Positions 20,220 to 29,552 of a DNA stretch of 64,000 nt are shown here, piece by piece. Position numbers and translations under genes: made by a program. A model generated the notes under the pieces. That model was not told the origin of the DNA and searched no databases. It worked only from the letters and a program-made list of their open reading frames with translations. The DNA is from a virus. The stretch spans positions 108,974 through 172,973 of the IMG/VR virus record IMGVR_UViG_3300021185_003351. One strand, written 5' to 3'. Numbering within the stretch: the first letter of the stretch is position 1; every line of letters starts with the position of its first letter.

Positions 20220-20842
20220 TACATAATCCTTATAAAATAGTAAAAATGTTCGAAGAAGAGTTGTCTAATTATACAAATGCTCCATATGTAGTTACAGTAG
20301 ACAGTTGTACTAATGCATTATTCTTAGTATGTAAATATCTAAACGTTAAACAAGTAACAATACCATCAAAAACTTATTTATCAGTTCCACAATCAATTAT
20401 TCATGCCGGTGGAGAAGTTATATTTGATAAAAGAATAAAAACTAATCATTGGAGAGGAATATATCAATTAAAACCATATCCTATATATGACGCTGCAAAA
20501 AGATTTACATCTAATATGTATATTCCAAAATCATATATGTGTTTATCTTTTCATATTAAAAAACAATTGCCAATTTGGAAAGGAGGAGCTATATTATGTG
20601 ATAATAAAGAAGCTTATGAATGGTTTAAACGAGCTAGATATGAAGGTAGAAGTGAAAAATATTATAAAGATGATGATATCGAATTTTTAGGATGGAATAT
20701 GTATATGACTCCGCAACAAGCTGCACATGGTTTAGCTATGATGCAAAATTATCCAATACATAAAGAAGATTTAGGCGAAATAAGCGGGTATCGAGATTTA
20801 ACAAAATTTACAGTTTTTAAAAATAATAAAGTTATAAAATAA
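20216..20842 (+). CDS. Compact DegT/DnrJ/EryC1/StrS sugar aminotransferase
   Basis: FEEEL, SCTNAL, YDAA, SFHIKK (PLP lysine), GGAI, GWNMYM. Confidence 0.85.
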   Translation: MIHNPYKIVKMFEEELSNYTNAPYVVTVDSCTNALFLVCKYLNVKQVTIPSKTYLSVPQSIIHAGGEVIFDKRIKTNHWRGIYQLKPYPIYDAAKRFTSNMYIPKSYMCLSFHIKKQLPIWKGGAILCDNKEAYEWFKRARYEGRSEKYYKDDDIEFLGWNMYMTPQQAAHGLAMMQNYPIHKEDLGEISGYRDLTKFTVFKNNKVIK

Positions 20843-21507
20843 TGAAAATAGCATTATGTTTATCAGGGTATTTTGATTCACTTACTGATTCTTCATCAAA
20901 AGGTATAGATGGGTATGATCATCTAGAGCGTCATGTATTTAGTAAAGGGGATGTAGACGTATATATTCATAGTTGGGATATAGAAAATGAACAACAAATT
21001 AAAAAACTATATAATCCCAAACATTCAGTATTTGAACAACAAATAGATTTTTCTGATATAATAAAAGAAAAAGGATATGATCAAATTCCTAATCCGCCAA
21101 GATCACCGCAAACTATTTATTCACACTTTTATTCTACATCTGAATCTTTTAAACATATTCAAGGTGAATATGATTGGATTATTAAAAGTAGATTTGATAT
21201 TGGAAGAATTAATCGTAGAACATCTGGACCACATAATCCTAATAATCCCTATCCAGTACAATGTATTAATTTTAATCCAACATTAGATCCAAATAAGTTA
21301 TATATGGCTAATTGGCAATACTTAGAAAGTGATGGCCCTGCAGATATGTGGTTTTACGGAAGTCAAACTATAATGAAACCATTTGCATTTATATATGATA
21401 ATATTGATAGATATTTTAAATGTAATGCAATACATTTATATAAAGAATTTATGATACAAAACAATTTATGGAATAATAAAGTAACATTGGATACAGTATG
21501 GGAGTAA
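20842..21507 (+). CDS. Putative sugar transferase (MKIALCLSG family)
   Basis: KIALCLSG, DVYIHSW, YDWIIKSRFD; glycan-cluster context. Confidence 0.55.
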   Translation: MKIALCLSGYFDSLTDSSSKGIDGYDHLERHVFSKGDVDVYIHSWDIENEQQIKKLYNPKHSVFEQQIDFSDIIKEKGYDQIPNPPRSPQTIYSHFYSTSESFKHIQGEYDWIIKSRFDIGRINRRTSGPHNPNNPYPVQCINFNPTLDPNKLYMANWQYLESDGPADMWFYGSQTIMKPFAFIYDNIDRYFKCNAIHLYKEFMIQNNLWNNKVTLDTVWE

Positions 21508-22193
21508 AACCAGCAATAGTAATTTATACACATACAGACTATAGTGATATATGGACTCCTTTATTTTCACGTATAAAAAAATATATGAATTCATATAAAG
21601 TTAATATATTTGTTAATCAAGAACACGAATTAATACCAACAGAATATAATATTATAACGTATGATTCTAAATTAATTTATACAGAACGATTGAAATCATG
21701 CTTAGAACAATTAAAAGATGAACTTATCTTATTTCTTCATGAAGACATGATATTATATGATGTACCATTACATGAAGAAATAAGTAGGTTATCAAAATTA
21801 TTTGATTCAAATGATTTGAGTAGTATTAAGTTAATTTATGTAAAAGATGATGATTATCCTAGTTATGTAGATGACAAATTAATATATAATAATTCTTCAA
21901 AATTTTCTATACAGCCTACTATTACAACAAAATCATATATGTTGGAATTAACTACAAAATATAAATTAAACATATGGGATTTCGAAGCAGCAATTGACAA
22001 TTCAGGAAACGATTTTATGTATAAAACCGGTAATGAAATTTTACGTGGAATGTATCATTGTGATAGTATAATATTTCCGTATATAGCAACCGCTATTGTA
22101 AAAGGTAAATGGAATGAAAGTGAATATAAAAATGAATTAACTGATATATTTACTGAGTTTAATATTGATAAAACAATTCGTGGAGTAGTATGA
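21498..22193 (+). CDS. Putative GT-A-like protein
   Basis: YSDIW, ILFLHED, IWDFE, IVKGKW; context. Confidence 0.5.
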   Translation: MGVKPAIVIYTHTDYSDIWTPLFSRIKKYMNSYKVNIFVNQEHELIPTEYNIITYDSKLIYTERLKSCLEQLKDELILFLHEDMILYDVPLHEEISRLSKLFDSNDLSSIKLIYVKDDDYPSYVDDKLIYNNSSKFSIQPTITTKSYMLELTTKYKLNIWDFEAAIDNSGNDFMYKTGNEILRGMYHCDSIIFPYIATAIVKGKWNESEYKNELTDIFTEFNIDKTIRGVV

Positions 22194-23554
22194 TAAAACT
22201 AATAATATTTGATTTAGATGGAGTTTTAGTAGAAGCTAAAAATATACATTATGATGCTTTAAATGAAGCATTAGGTGATAATTATTTTATTAGTTGGAGT
22301 GAACATTTATCTATATATGATGGATTAAAAACCAATCAAAAATTAGAAATATTAAGTGAAAGAAACGGATTACCAGAGACAAAACACACAGAAATATGGA
22401 ATCATAAACAAAAAATAACATTAGAAAAATTAAAACAATTAAAACAAAATAATATTCTTATCAAATTAATGTCTAATTTAGTAGATAACGGATATAAAAT
22501 TGCAGTTTGTTCTAATTCAATTAGAAAAACAGTATTAACAGTTTTATCGAAATTAGGTATTATGGAATTTATGGACTATATTATATCAAACGAAGATGTT
22601 GAAAATAGTAAGCCACACCCTGAAATGTATTGGAATGCTATTTCTAAAATGAAATGTTTGCCAGAAGAGACTCTCATTGTAGAAGATTCTCCATATGGAC
22701 TATTGGCAGCTTCTAGATCTAAATCACATATATTACGAGTAAAAAACACAAAAGAGACTAATTTAAAAAATATAAATAATAAACTAAGGCAAATAGAAAT
22801 GGGAGAACAACAAATTACGCCGGCTTGGAGAGATGAAACATTAAATGTTTTAATACCAATGGCTGGTGCTGGAAGTAGATTTCAACAAGCAGGATATACA
22901 TTTCCTAAACCACTTATCGAAGTTAAAGGAAAGCCTATGATTCAAGTTGTAGTTGAAAATTTAAATATTAAAGCAAATTTTATTTATGTAGTACAAAAAG
23001 AACATAGAGAAAAATATAACTTAGACACTTTACTTAATCTGATTACACCAAATTGTAAAATTGTTGAGGTAGATGGAATTACGGATGGAGCTGCGTGTAC
23101 TGCATTATTAGCAAAAGAATACATTAATTCTAAAAATCCTTTATTTTTTGCAAACTCTGATCAATTCGTAGAATGGGATTCAAATGAATTTTTATATAAA
23201 ATGAATGAAACAAATGCAGATGGTGGTATTGTATCATTTAAGGCAATACATCCTAAATGGAGTTTTGCAAAAGTAAATGAAATTGGATTAGTAACTGAAG
23301 TTGCAGAAAAAAATCCTATTTCAGATATTGCTACAGTTGGATATTATTATTGGAAACATGGTTCTGATTTTGTAAAGTATGCAGAAGATATGATTGAGAA
23401 AGATATCAGAGTAAACAATGAGTTCTATGTTTGTCCTGTTTTTAATCAAGCAATAAAAGATGGAAAAGAAATTCGTACCTTTGATATTCCTAAAATGTGG
23501 GGATTGGGTACACCAGAAGATTTAAAATTTTATTTAGAAAATTATGGAAAATAA
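22190..23554 (+). CDS. HAD phosphatase fused to a sugar nucleotidyltransferase-like (BcbE-type) domain
   Basis: FDLDGVL, KPHP, VEDS in the N-half; IPMAGAGSRF, PKPLI, NNEFYVCP, GLGTPEDL in the C-half. Confidence 0.9.
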   Translation: MIKLIIFDLDGVLVEAKNIHYDALNEALGDNYFISWSEHLSIYDGLKTNQKLEILSERNGLPETKHTEIWNHKQKITLEKLKQLKQNNILIKLMSNLVDNGYKIAVCSNSIRKTVLTVLSKLGIMEFMDYIISNEDVENSKPHPEMYWNAISKMKCLPEETLIVEDSPYGLLAASRSKSHILRVKNTKETNLKNINNKLRQIEMGEQQITPAWRDETLNVLIPMAGAGSRFQQAGYTFPKPLIEVKGKPMIQVVVENLNIKANFIYVVQKEHREKYNLDTLLNLITPNCKIVEVDGITDGAACTALLAKEYINSKNPLFFANSDQFVEWDSNEFLYKMNETNADGGIVSFKAIHPKWSFAKVNEIGLVTEVAEKNPISDIATVGYYYWKHGSDFVKYAEDMIEKDIRVNNEFYVCPVFNQAIKDGKEIRTFDIPKMWGLGTPEDLKFYLENYGK

Positions 23555-24236
23555 TATATACACACAAATGCAAATAAGGACGTATGCTCCTGGAACCTCT
23601 AATCATGATGAACATAATACAAATCCAGATTATTGGGATATACTTTTATCAGATTTAAAAGATAAAAATTTATGGGAAGATAAAGTAGCTTTAGACTTTG
23701 CATGCGGAAAAGGCAGAAATGTAACTAATATGTTATCTATATGTGATTGGAAACGTATTGATGGAATTGATATATCGCAATCTAATATTGATTTCTGTAA
23801 TGATCAATATGATATAAAAATATATCCTAGCAATTGGTATTGTAATAATGGTACTGATGTGTCTAATTTAAAATCTAACGAATATGATTTTATTATGTCT
23901 ACAATTGCACTACAACATATTCCTGTATACGACATTAGAAAATCATTAATTACAGATTTATTAAGAACATTGAAGCCTGGCGGACTATTTTCATTTCAAA
24001 TGGGATACGGTGAAGGATTAGATTCTCCAATTGGCCCTAGAAGTGCATATTATGATAATACATATGACGCCACTAATACTAATTCAGCACATGATGTTAG
24101 AGTACACAATGAACAAGATGTTATTGAAGATTTAAGTACGATAGGATATAATAATATAACAACTATTGTTAGACCTTCATATTCTGATAGTGGACATGAG
24201 AAATGGATTTATATAAAAGCATATAAACCAATATGA
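23544..24236 (+). CDS. Class I SAM-dependent methyltransferase
   Basis: LDFACGKGR, GIDIS, LQHI, LKPGG. Confidence 0.9.
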   Translation: MENNIYTQMQIRTYAPGTSNHDEHNTNPDYWDILLSDLKDKNLWEDKVALDFACGKGRNVTNMLSICDWKRIDGIDISQSNIDFCNDQYDIKIYPSNWYCNNGTDVSNLKSNEYDFIMSTIALQHIPVYDIRKSLITDLLRTLKPGGLFSFQMGYGEGLDSPIGPRSAYYDNTYDATNTNSAHDVRVHNEQDVIEDLSTIGYNNITTIVRPSYSDSGHEKWIYIKAYKPI

Positions 24237-24658
24237 TTTTAATATCACATAGAGGAAATATTTCTGGAAAGATATCAAACAAGGAAAATAGTCCAGAATA
24301 TATAGTTTCAGCATTAACTAAAGGATATAATGTTGAAATAGATGTTTGGTATGATAATGGATATTGGTTAGGTCATGATGAACCTATGTATAATATAGAT
24401 AAAGATTTTTTACTAAATGATAAATTTTGGTGTCACGCAAAAAATGGAAAAGCTTTATATCATATGTTACAAGATGATATACATTGTTTTTGGCATCAAG
24501 ATGATGATTTTACATTAACTTCCAATAACTTTATTTGGACTTATCCTAATAAATTATTATATTATAATAGTATATGCGTATTACCAGAATTAGGTATTAA
24601 TGGAGATATTGATATTTGCTCTGGAATATGTAGTGATTTTATTGAAAGATATTCATGA
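24233..24658 (+). CDS. Small GDPD/PLC-like phosphodiesterase
   Basis: ISHRGN, EN, VEIDVW, LGHD, WCHAKN, GICSD. Confidence 0.8.
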   Translation: MILISHRGNISGKISNKENSPEYIVSALTKGYNVEIDVWYDNGYWLGHDEPMYNIDKDFLLNDKFWCHAKNGKALYHMLQDDIHCFWHQDDDFTLTSNNFIWTYPNKLLYYNSICVLPELGINGDIDICSGICSDFIERYS

Positions 24659-24873
24659 AAAATTTAAAATCAACAGTTAATGAGCAAGGCGAAACAGTTA
24701 CTCAAATTATTCATTTTATTGATGGAGTTAAGAGAACATATCATGGTATTTTATCTGAAAGTATTAAACAAGGACAATTTACAAAAATGAAATGTAAAGA
24801 TGGTACTATGCTAATGATAAATGATAATAATGTTTTATGTATAGAAGTATTTAAAGAAGATGATAATAGGTAA
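24655..24873 (+). CDS. Hypothetical protein
   Basis: Coupled ORF, 72 aa. Confidence 0.6.
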   Translation: MKNLKSTVNEQGETVTQIIHFIDGVKRTYHGILSESIKQGQFTKMKCKDGTMLMINDNNVLCIEVFKEDDNR

Positions 24874-25369
24874 CGGCAGTATAGCGTCAGTTTTAAAAGA
24901 AATAGATACTCCAGATTTAATATTTTTTGCATCTGGTGTTAGTGATAGTTCTTGTACAGACGAATTTGAATATCAAAGAGAACGTAACTTAATGCTAACA
25001 GTCCCATATAATAAACATATAGTATATTTTTCTAATTTAGGAGTCTACTATAAAAATGATAGATATACTCAACATAAAATAGATACTGAAGAATTTATTA
25101 GAAACAATTATAACAGTTATACTATTGTTCGAATCGAAGTTTGCGAATGGGTTTCAACACCAACTACAATATTAAATGTATTTAAAAATCAATTAAAAAA
25201 TGATATCGAGCCAGTAATACATGATACTACAAGATATGTTCTAAGTGTCAAAGAATTTTTATATTGGATATCATTAATAAAACCAAGCATAAAAAATGAA
25301 ATGAATGTTTTAGGTAGAAAAATGAAAATTTCAGAAATAGTTCAAGAAATAAAAGATAATAAACTATGA
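24860..25369 (+). CDS. Short NAD-dependent epimerase/dehydratase-like protein
   Basis: MIIGNGSIA, FFASGVSDS, YFS, YTQHK (YxxxK). Confidence 0.75.
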   Translation: MIIGNGSIASVLKEIDTPDLIFFASGVSDSSCTDEFEYQRERNLMLTVPYNKHIVYFSNLGVYYKNDRYTQHKIDTEEFIRNNYNSYTIVRIEVCEWVSTPTTILNVFKNQLKNDIEPVIHDTTRYVLSVKEFLYWISLIKPSIKNEMNVLGRKMKISEIVQEIKDNKL

Positions 25370-26283
25370 TAAATGTAAAGATACATTATTTAATTATGCC
25401 ATGGCAAATTGATTATGCACAACAATCATATATACAATTTAAAAAATCAAAGTATTATTTATCAGATGATGTTAATATTACAATTGATACTCATTTAAAT
25501 CTTTCTAGTTTTATAATTGATTGGAACAATACCAAAATTCCTAAACAATACTTTATAGATAAATTTAAAAGTTTAGAACCATTATTATCTGATTATACTC
25601 ATAATTCAATAATATATGATGGACAAGATAATTATGGATTGTTTGATATGCAAAAAGCTGCAATTGGTAATTATGATTATTATATACCAGTTTGTCCAGA
25701 TATATATTTTTCAGAAACATTATTATATTATTTAATTGAATCAGCTAGAATAGTCACAAATAAATATTTTGTTATAACGCCAGAAATTCCTAAAATGTGG
25801 GATGCATCATGGGATGTATTAACAAGTAAACAATATATTAATACAGACAGAAGTAGTTGGATAACTTCAGATATATTTGACATACGACATGATACTAAAA
25901 CATTAAATAACGAAAGAAAATTAGATGTTGTTAATCAACACAAATGGGCTATATGGTTTGATTTATATAATAAAGAATTTTATGAAAATCTATGTCCATT
26001 ACATGATGATTGGATAGGATATGGCCCATGGGACTGGTATTCAAATATGTTATCGCAACATGCAAAGAATATAGGAGTTGATATGCAACAATTTGTTTTG
26101 CGTGGAGAAATAATTAGTGAATATCAAACAGGTCCATTGCGGGATATTGGATTTGATGAACATTACAAAAAATATTTTAATATTAAAACTGGCGCTAAGA
26201 ATCAAAGAGATTTATTTGAAAAAAATATGAATTTACATTTAGAACGTGGTATGAATATGTTAAAAGAAAAGAATATTATATGA
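25366..26283 (+). CDS. Putative GT-A-like protein
   Basis: DYYIPVCPDIYF, GYGPWD; context. Confidence 0.5.
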   Translation: MINVKIHYLIMPWQIDYAQQSYIQFKKSKYYLSDDVNITIDTHLNLSSFIIDWNNTKIPKQYFIDKFKSLEPLLSDYTHNSIIYDGQDNYGLFDMQKAAIGNYDYYIPVCPDIYFSETLLYYLIESARIVTNKYFVITPEIPKMWDASWDVLTSKQYINTDRSSWITSDIFDIRHDTKTLNNERKLDVVNQHKWAIWFDLYNKEFYENLCPLHDDWIGYGPWDWYSNMLSQHAKNIGVDMQQFVLRGEIISEYQTGPLRDIGFDEHYKKYFNIKTGAKNQRDLFEKNMNLHLERGMNMLKEKNII

Positions 26284-27260
26284 AAATAGCATTCATAACA
26301 GAAATGGGATTTGAAGGTTATATTGAACAATCACATCCTAATATGAGAACTGAATTTGCTTGGATGTATGCATTACATTCAAATCATATACCATTGTCTA
26401 AATATAATGAAGTATCTGATTATGATCATGTATTTATAATATTTCCAAAAGGAAAATTAAATGTTAACGCTGAAGGAAGTGTTATTGGAAATCAATCTAA
26501 TCCAGCATCTCACTACTTAAAATCTAATCTTATTCAAAAATTAAAGTCATGTAATAAAAAAGTATATTATGTTCAAGAAGGACCAACCTGGTGGTTTACC
26601 GATTATGAAGTAGAAGATCAAATATTATTTTATAACATGTTATCTTCTGTGGATGCTATATATGCTCACAATGAATATGATATGAAATTTTATCGAGGAC
26701 TTATTCCAGGACAAAATGTTCAATGTATTTCTACTTTAATGATTGAAGAATGGATACAAGAGATTGTTCCTCAGACAGAAAACAAAGTTTTAATTGGAGG
26801 AAATTTTGCTAGATGGTATAATGGATTTCAAAGTTATTTGGTTGCATCTGAGTTTGGAGTTCCAATATGGACTCAAGAATCTCATGCAAAAAGAATCAAT
26901 GAGGATCAAATAGAAAATTTAAATCATTTTCCTAGGATGTTGTGGAATCAATGGATGCAAGAAGTTTCTAAATTCAAATATGCAGTTCATTTAATGCCAA
27001 CTATCGCTGCAGGAACATTTAGTTTAAATTGTGCGTATTTTGGAATTCCTTGTATAGGAAATAACAATGTCGACACTCAAAAAATATGTCATCCAGAATT
27101 ATGCGTCGACGTTGATGATATAGAATCAGCTAGACAATTAGCAATTCGATTACGAGATGATTCTGAATTTTATAAAAAGTGTAGCATGGAAGCAAATAAA
27201 AACTATAAACAATATTATAATATAAAAGCATGGAAGAAAAAAATATACGACACACTGTAA
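26280..27260 (+). CDS. GT-B fold glycosyltransferase-like protein
   Basis: MKIAF start; AAGTFSLNCAYFGIPCIG C-terminal motif. Confidence 0.7.
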   Translation: MKIAFITEMGFEGYIEQSHPNMRTEFAWMYALHSNHIPLSKYNEVSDYDHVFIIFPKGKLNVNAEGSVIGNQSNPASHYLKSNLIQKLKSCNKKVYYVQEGPTWWFTDYEVEDQILFYNMLSSVDAIYAHNEYDMKFYRGLIPGQNVQCISTLMIEEWIQEIVPQTENKVLIGGNFARWYNGFQSYLVASEFGVPIWTQESHAKRINEDQIENLNHFPRMLWNQWMQEVSKFKYAVHLMPTIAAGTFSLNCAYFGIPCIGNNNVDTQKICHPELCVDVDDIESARQLAIRLRDDSEFYKKCSMEANKNYKQYYNIKAWKKKIYDTL

Positions 27261-28285
27261 TAGTACCTAGTTATAATACTCTAGAGCATTTAAAAAATAC
27301 ATATAAAAGTTTACTGTTATATAGTAACAATGTAGATATTATTTTAATTGATGATGCATCAAAAGATGGAACTGCAGAATGGTTTAAAACTATCAAAGAA
27401 TTAAATGTTAAAACTATAGTTTCATCAACTAGAAAAGGACATACATATTGGTATGATGAAGGTATGAGATTGTCAAAAACAGATATAGTTTCAATTTTAC
27501 ACTCAGATATGATAATAGGTCCATGTTATTTTGAAAATATGTTACGTCATTTAGAACCCGGTCGAGTTGTTTGTTCTACAAGAATTGAACCTCCAATACA
27601 TCCTGCAGGAAAAGAAAAGATTGTTAAAGATTTTGGTGATGAAGCTGACACTTTTAATTGGAATGCTTTTGAATCATTTTGTAATGAGGAACGAACATTA
27701 AAATTTGGTGAAACTACTAGAGGTATATTTGCTCCATGGATGCTTTATAAGGAAGATCATCTATCGATCGGAGGACATGATCAAGGATTTGCACCATATG
27801 GGTATGAAGACTCTGATATATTCAATAGATGGATATTAGCTGGTTATGAAATGATACAAGCTCGTGATTCATTATGTTATCATATGACTTGTAGAGGACA
27901 TCGATGGAATGCTGGTGTAGGAATAGAAAACTCAGATTATCAAGAAACTATGAATAATGGTCGTAGACATTTTTTAAAGAAATGGGGGCATTGGATTAAA
28001 AATGATGAATATCAATATCCAATTATTAGTCCCGTTTATAATAAAAAACTAATAATTAATAATATTAATTCAGGATTAGAACAATTAAAAGACTGGTTTA
28101 ATGACGGAGAAGATATTATAGTTGAAATTGACGGAACTACATTTACTCAACAAGATTTTCAATATATATCTAATCTAAATGATATCATAGCAGATAGTGG
28201 CGAAATTGGAACATTTGAGCTAGGAAATATCAAAGTTACTATTAATAATATTAAAGATTACTCAAAAGACCTAATTTTTTTATAG
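27230..28285 (+). CDS. GT2 glycosyltransferase
   Basis: VIVPSYN, LIDDASKDGT, LHSDM, GYEDSD. Confidence 0.9.
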   Translation: MEEKNIRHTVIVPSYNTLEHLKNTYKSLLLYSNNVDIILIDDASKDGTAEWFKTIKELNVKTIVSSTRKGHTYWYDEGMRLSKTDIVSILHSDMIIGPCYFENMLRHLEPGRVVCSTRIEPPIHPAGKEKIVKDFGDEADTFNWNAFESFCNEERTLKFGETTRGIFAPWMLYKEDHLSIGGHDQGFAPYGYEDSDIFNRWILAGYEMIQARDSLCYHMTCRGHRWNAGVGIENSDYQETMNNGRRHFLKKWGHWIKNDEYQYPIISPVYNKKLIINNINSGLEQLKDWFNDGEDIIVEIDGTTFTQQDFQYISNLNDIIADSGEIGTFELGNIKVTINNIKDYSKDLIFL

Positions 28286-28301
28286 TTATTGTTACTTTAA
28301 C

Positions 28302-28309
28302 ATATTTAT
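28302..28309 (+). promoter_or_regulatory. Class L motif ATATTTAT upstream of the lysis/secreted module
   Basis: Intergenic, 15 nt before the ATG. Confidence 0.55.
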
Positions 28310-28324
28310 TTTAAAAGGTAAATA

Positions 28325-29242
28325 ATGTTATTAAAGAAAGGATCAAAAGGTCCAGAAGTTAAAAAACTACAAGAAGCATTAGGATTATCTGCAGATGGAA
28401 TATTTGGTGGAGGTACTAAATTAGCTGTAATAAAATTTCAATCAAATAATGGATTAAATGCAGATGGTATAGTAGGACCTTCAACATGGGAAGTTATTGG
28501 TATCGATACAGATCAAACTAGTGCAGCAGAAGAATCAGAATATACAACTAAAGACGGTTTAGTTATAGATAGAGAATATCTAGATAAAGACGAATATGTA
28601 AGAGATTATGGTAAAATAGAACCATTAGGATTCTTTATTCATCACACTGCAGGATGGGATAATCCTTATAAAACAATACGTGGATGGAACCGAGATACAA
28701 GAGGTAGAGTAGCTACACAATATTGTATTGGCGGCACTAATGTAAAAGGTAAAGCAGCACCCCATGACGGACAAGTAGTAGAATGTTTTCCAAATAACTA
28801 TTTAGGATGGCATTTAGGTAAAGTAGGTGGATTTGATATTTCTAAATTTTCAGGAGGTGTTGAATTAAATAATTTTGGTTATTTAAAAAAGAAAGATGGT
28901 AAGTATTATACTTATGTTAACACGGAAGTAAAACCAGAATATGTTTGTGATTTAGGATATAAATTTAGAGGCCATCAATATTGGCACGCTTATTCCGACA
29001 AACAAATAGAAAGTTTAAGACTGCTTATTTTACATTTAAAAGATATTTATCCTAAAATGGACTTAGAAAATGGTATTCCTAAAATGTTAAAAGAAGGAGT
29101 ACACCCAAAAGAAGCATTTGAATTTAATGAAGATGCTTATAATGCAAAACAATTTGGGTTATGGTCACACACATCTGTAAGAAAAGACAAGTTTGATTGT
29201 TTCCCTCAACCAGAATTAGTAGAAATGTTAAAAAATATATAA
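28325..29242 (+). CDS. Endolysin: PG-binding domain + N-acetylmuramoyl-L-alanine amidase
   Basis: LKKGSKGPEVKKLQ...ADGIVGPSTW PG_binding_1; IHHTAG, WH, SH...KFDC amidase_2 Zn ligands. Confidence 0.9.
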   Translation: MLLKKGSKGPEVKKLQEALGLSADGIFGGGTKLAVIKFQSNNGLNADGIVGPSTWEVIGIDTDQTSAAEESEYTTKDGLVIDREYLDKDEYVRDYGKIEPLGFFIHHTAGWDNPYKTIRGWNRDTRGRVATQYCIGGTNVKGKAAPHDGQVVECFPNNYLGWHLGKVGGFDISKFSGGVELNNFGYLKKKDGKYYTYVNTEVKPEYVCDLGYKFRGHQYWHAYSDKQIESLRLLILHLKDIYPKMDLENGIPKMLKEGVHPKEAFEFNEDAYNAKQFGLWSHTSVRKDKFDCFPQPELVEMLKNI

Positions 29243-29264
29243 AAATAAAAAATAGGTTACTATT

Positions 29265-29552
29265 ATGAATAAGTTACTTCTAAAATTAAGAAGGAAGATT
29301 ATGGCCTTTAGAGACATGTTTAAAGACGATAATGATATTAATGAGAAAAATGTAGTTGGATTTGCTGCATTTGCAGTAATGGTAATATTTGCAATTGCAG
29401 ATATTGTTACTGGATATATGGGAGAACCATTACATGTAAATGAATTCATATATAATTCGTTTTTATGGATTACCTTAGGTAGTTTTGGTATAGCTGAAGC
29501 CGGTAAGATATTAGGAAAATCAAACTCAGATGATGATCATGAAAATATTTAA
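29265..29552 (+). CDS. Two-TM membrane protein, holin candidate
   Basis: Directly follows the endolysin; two hydrophobic helices. Confidence 0.55.
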   Translation: MNKLLLKLRRKIMAFRDMFKDDNDINEKNVVGFAAFAVMVIFAIADIVTGYMGEPLHVNEFIYNSFLWITLGSFGIAEAGKILGKSNSDDDHENI

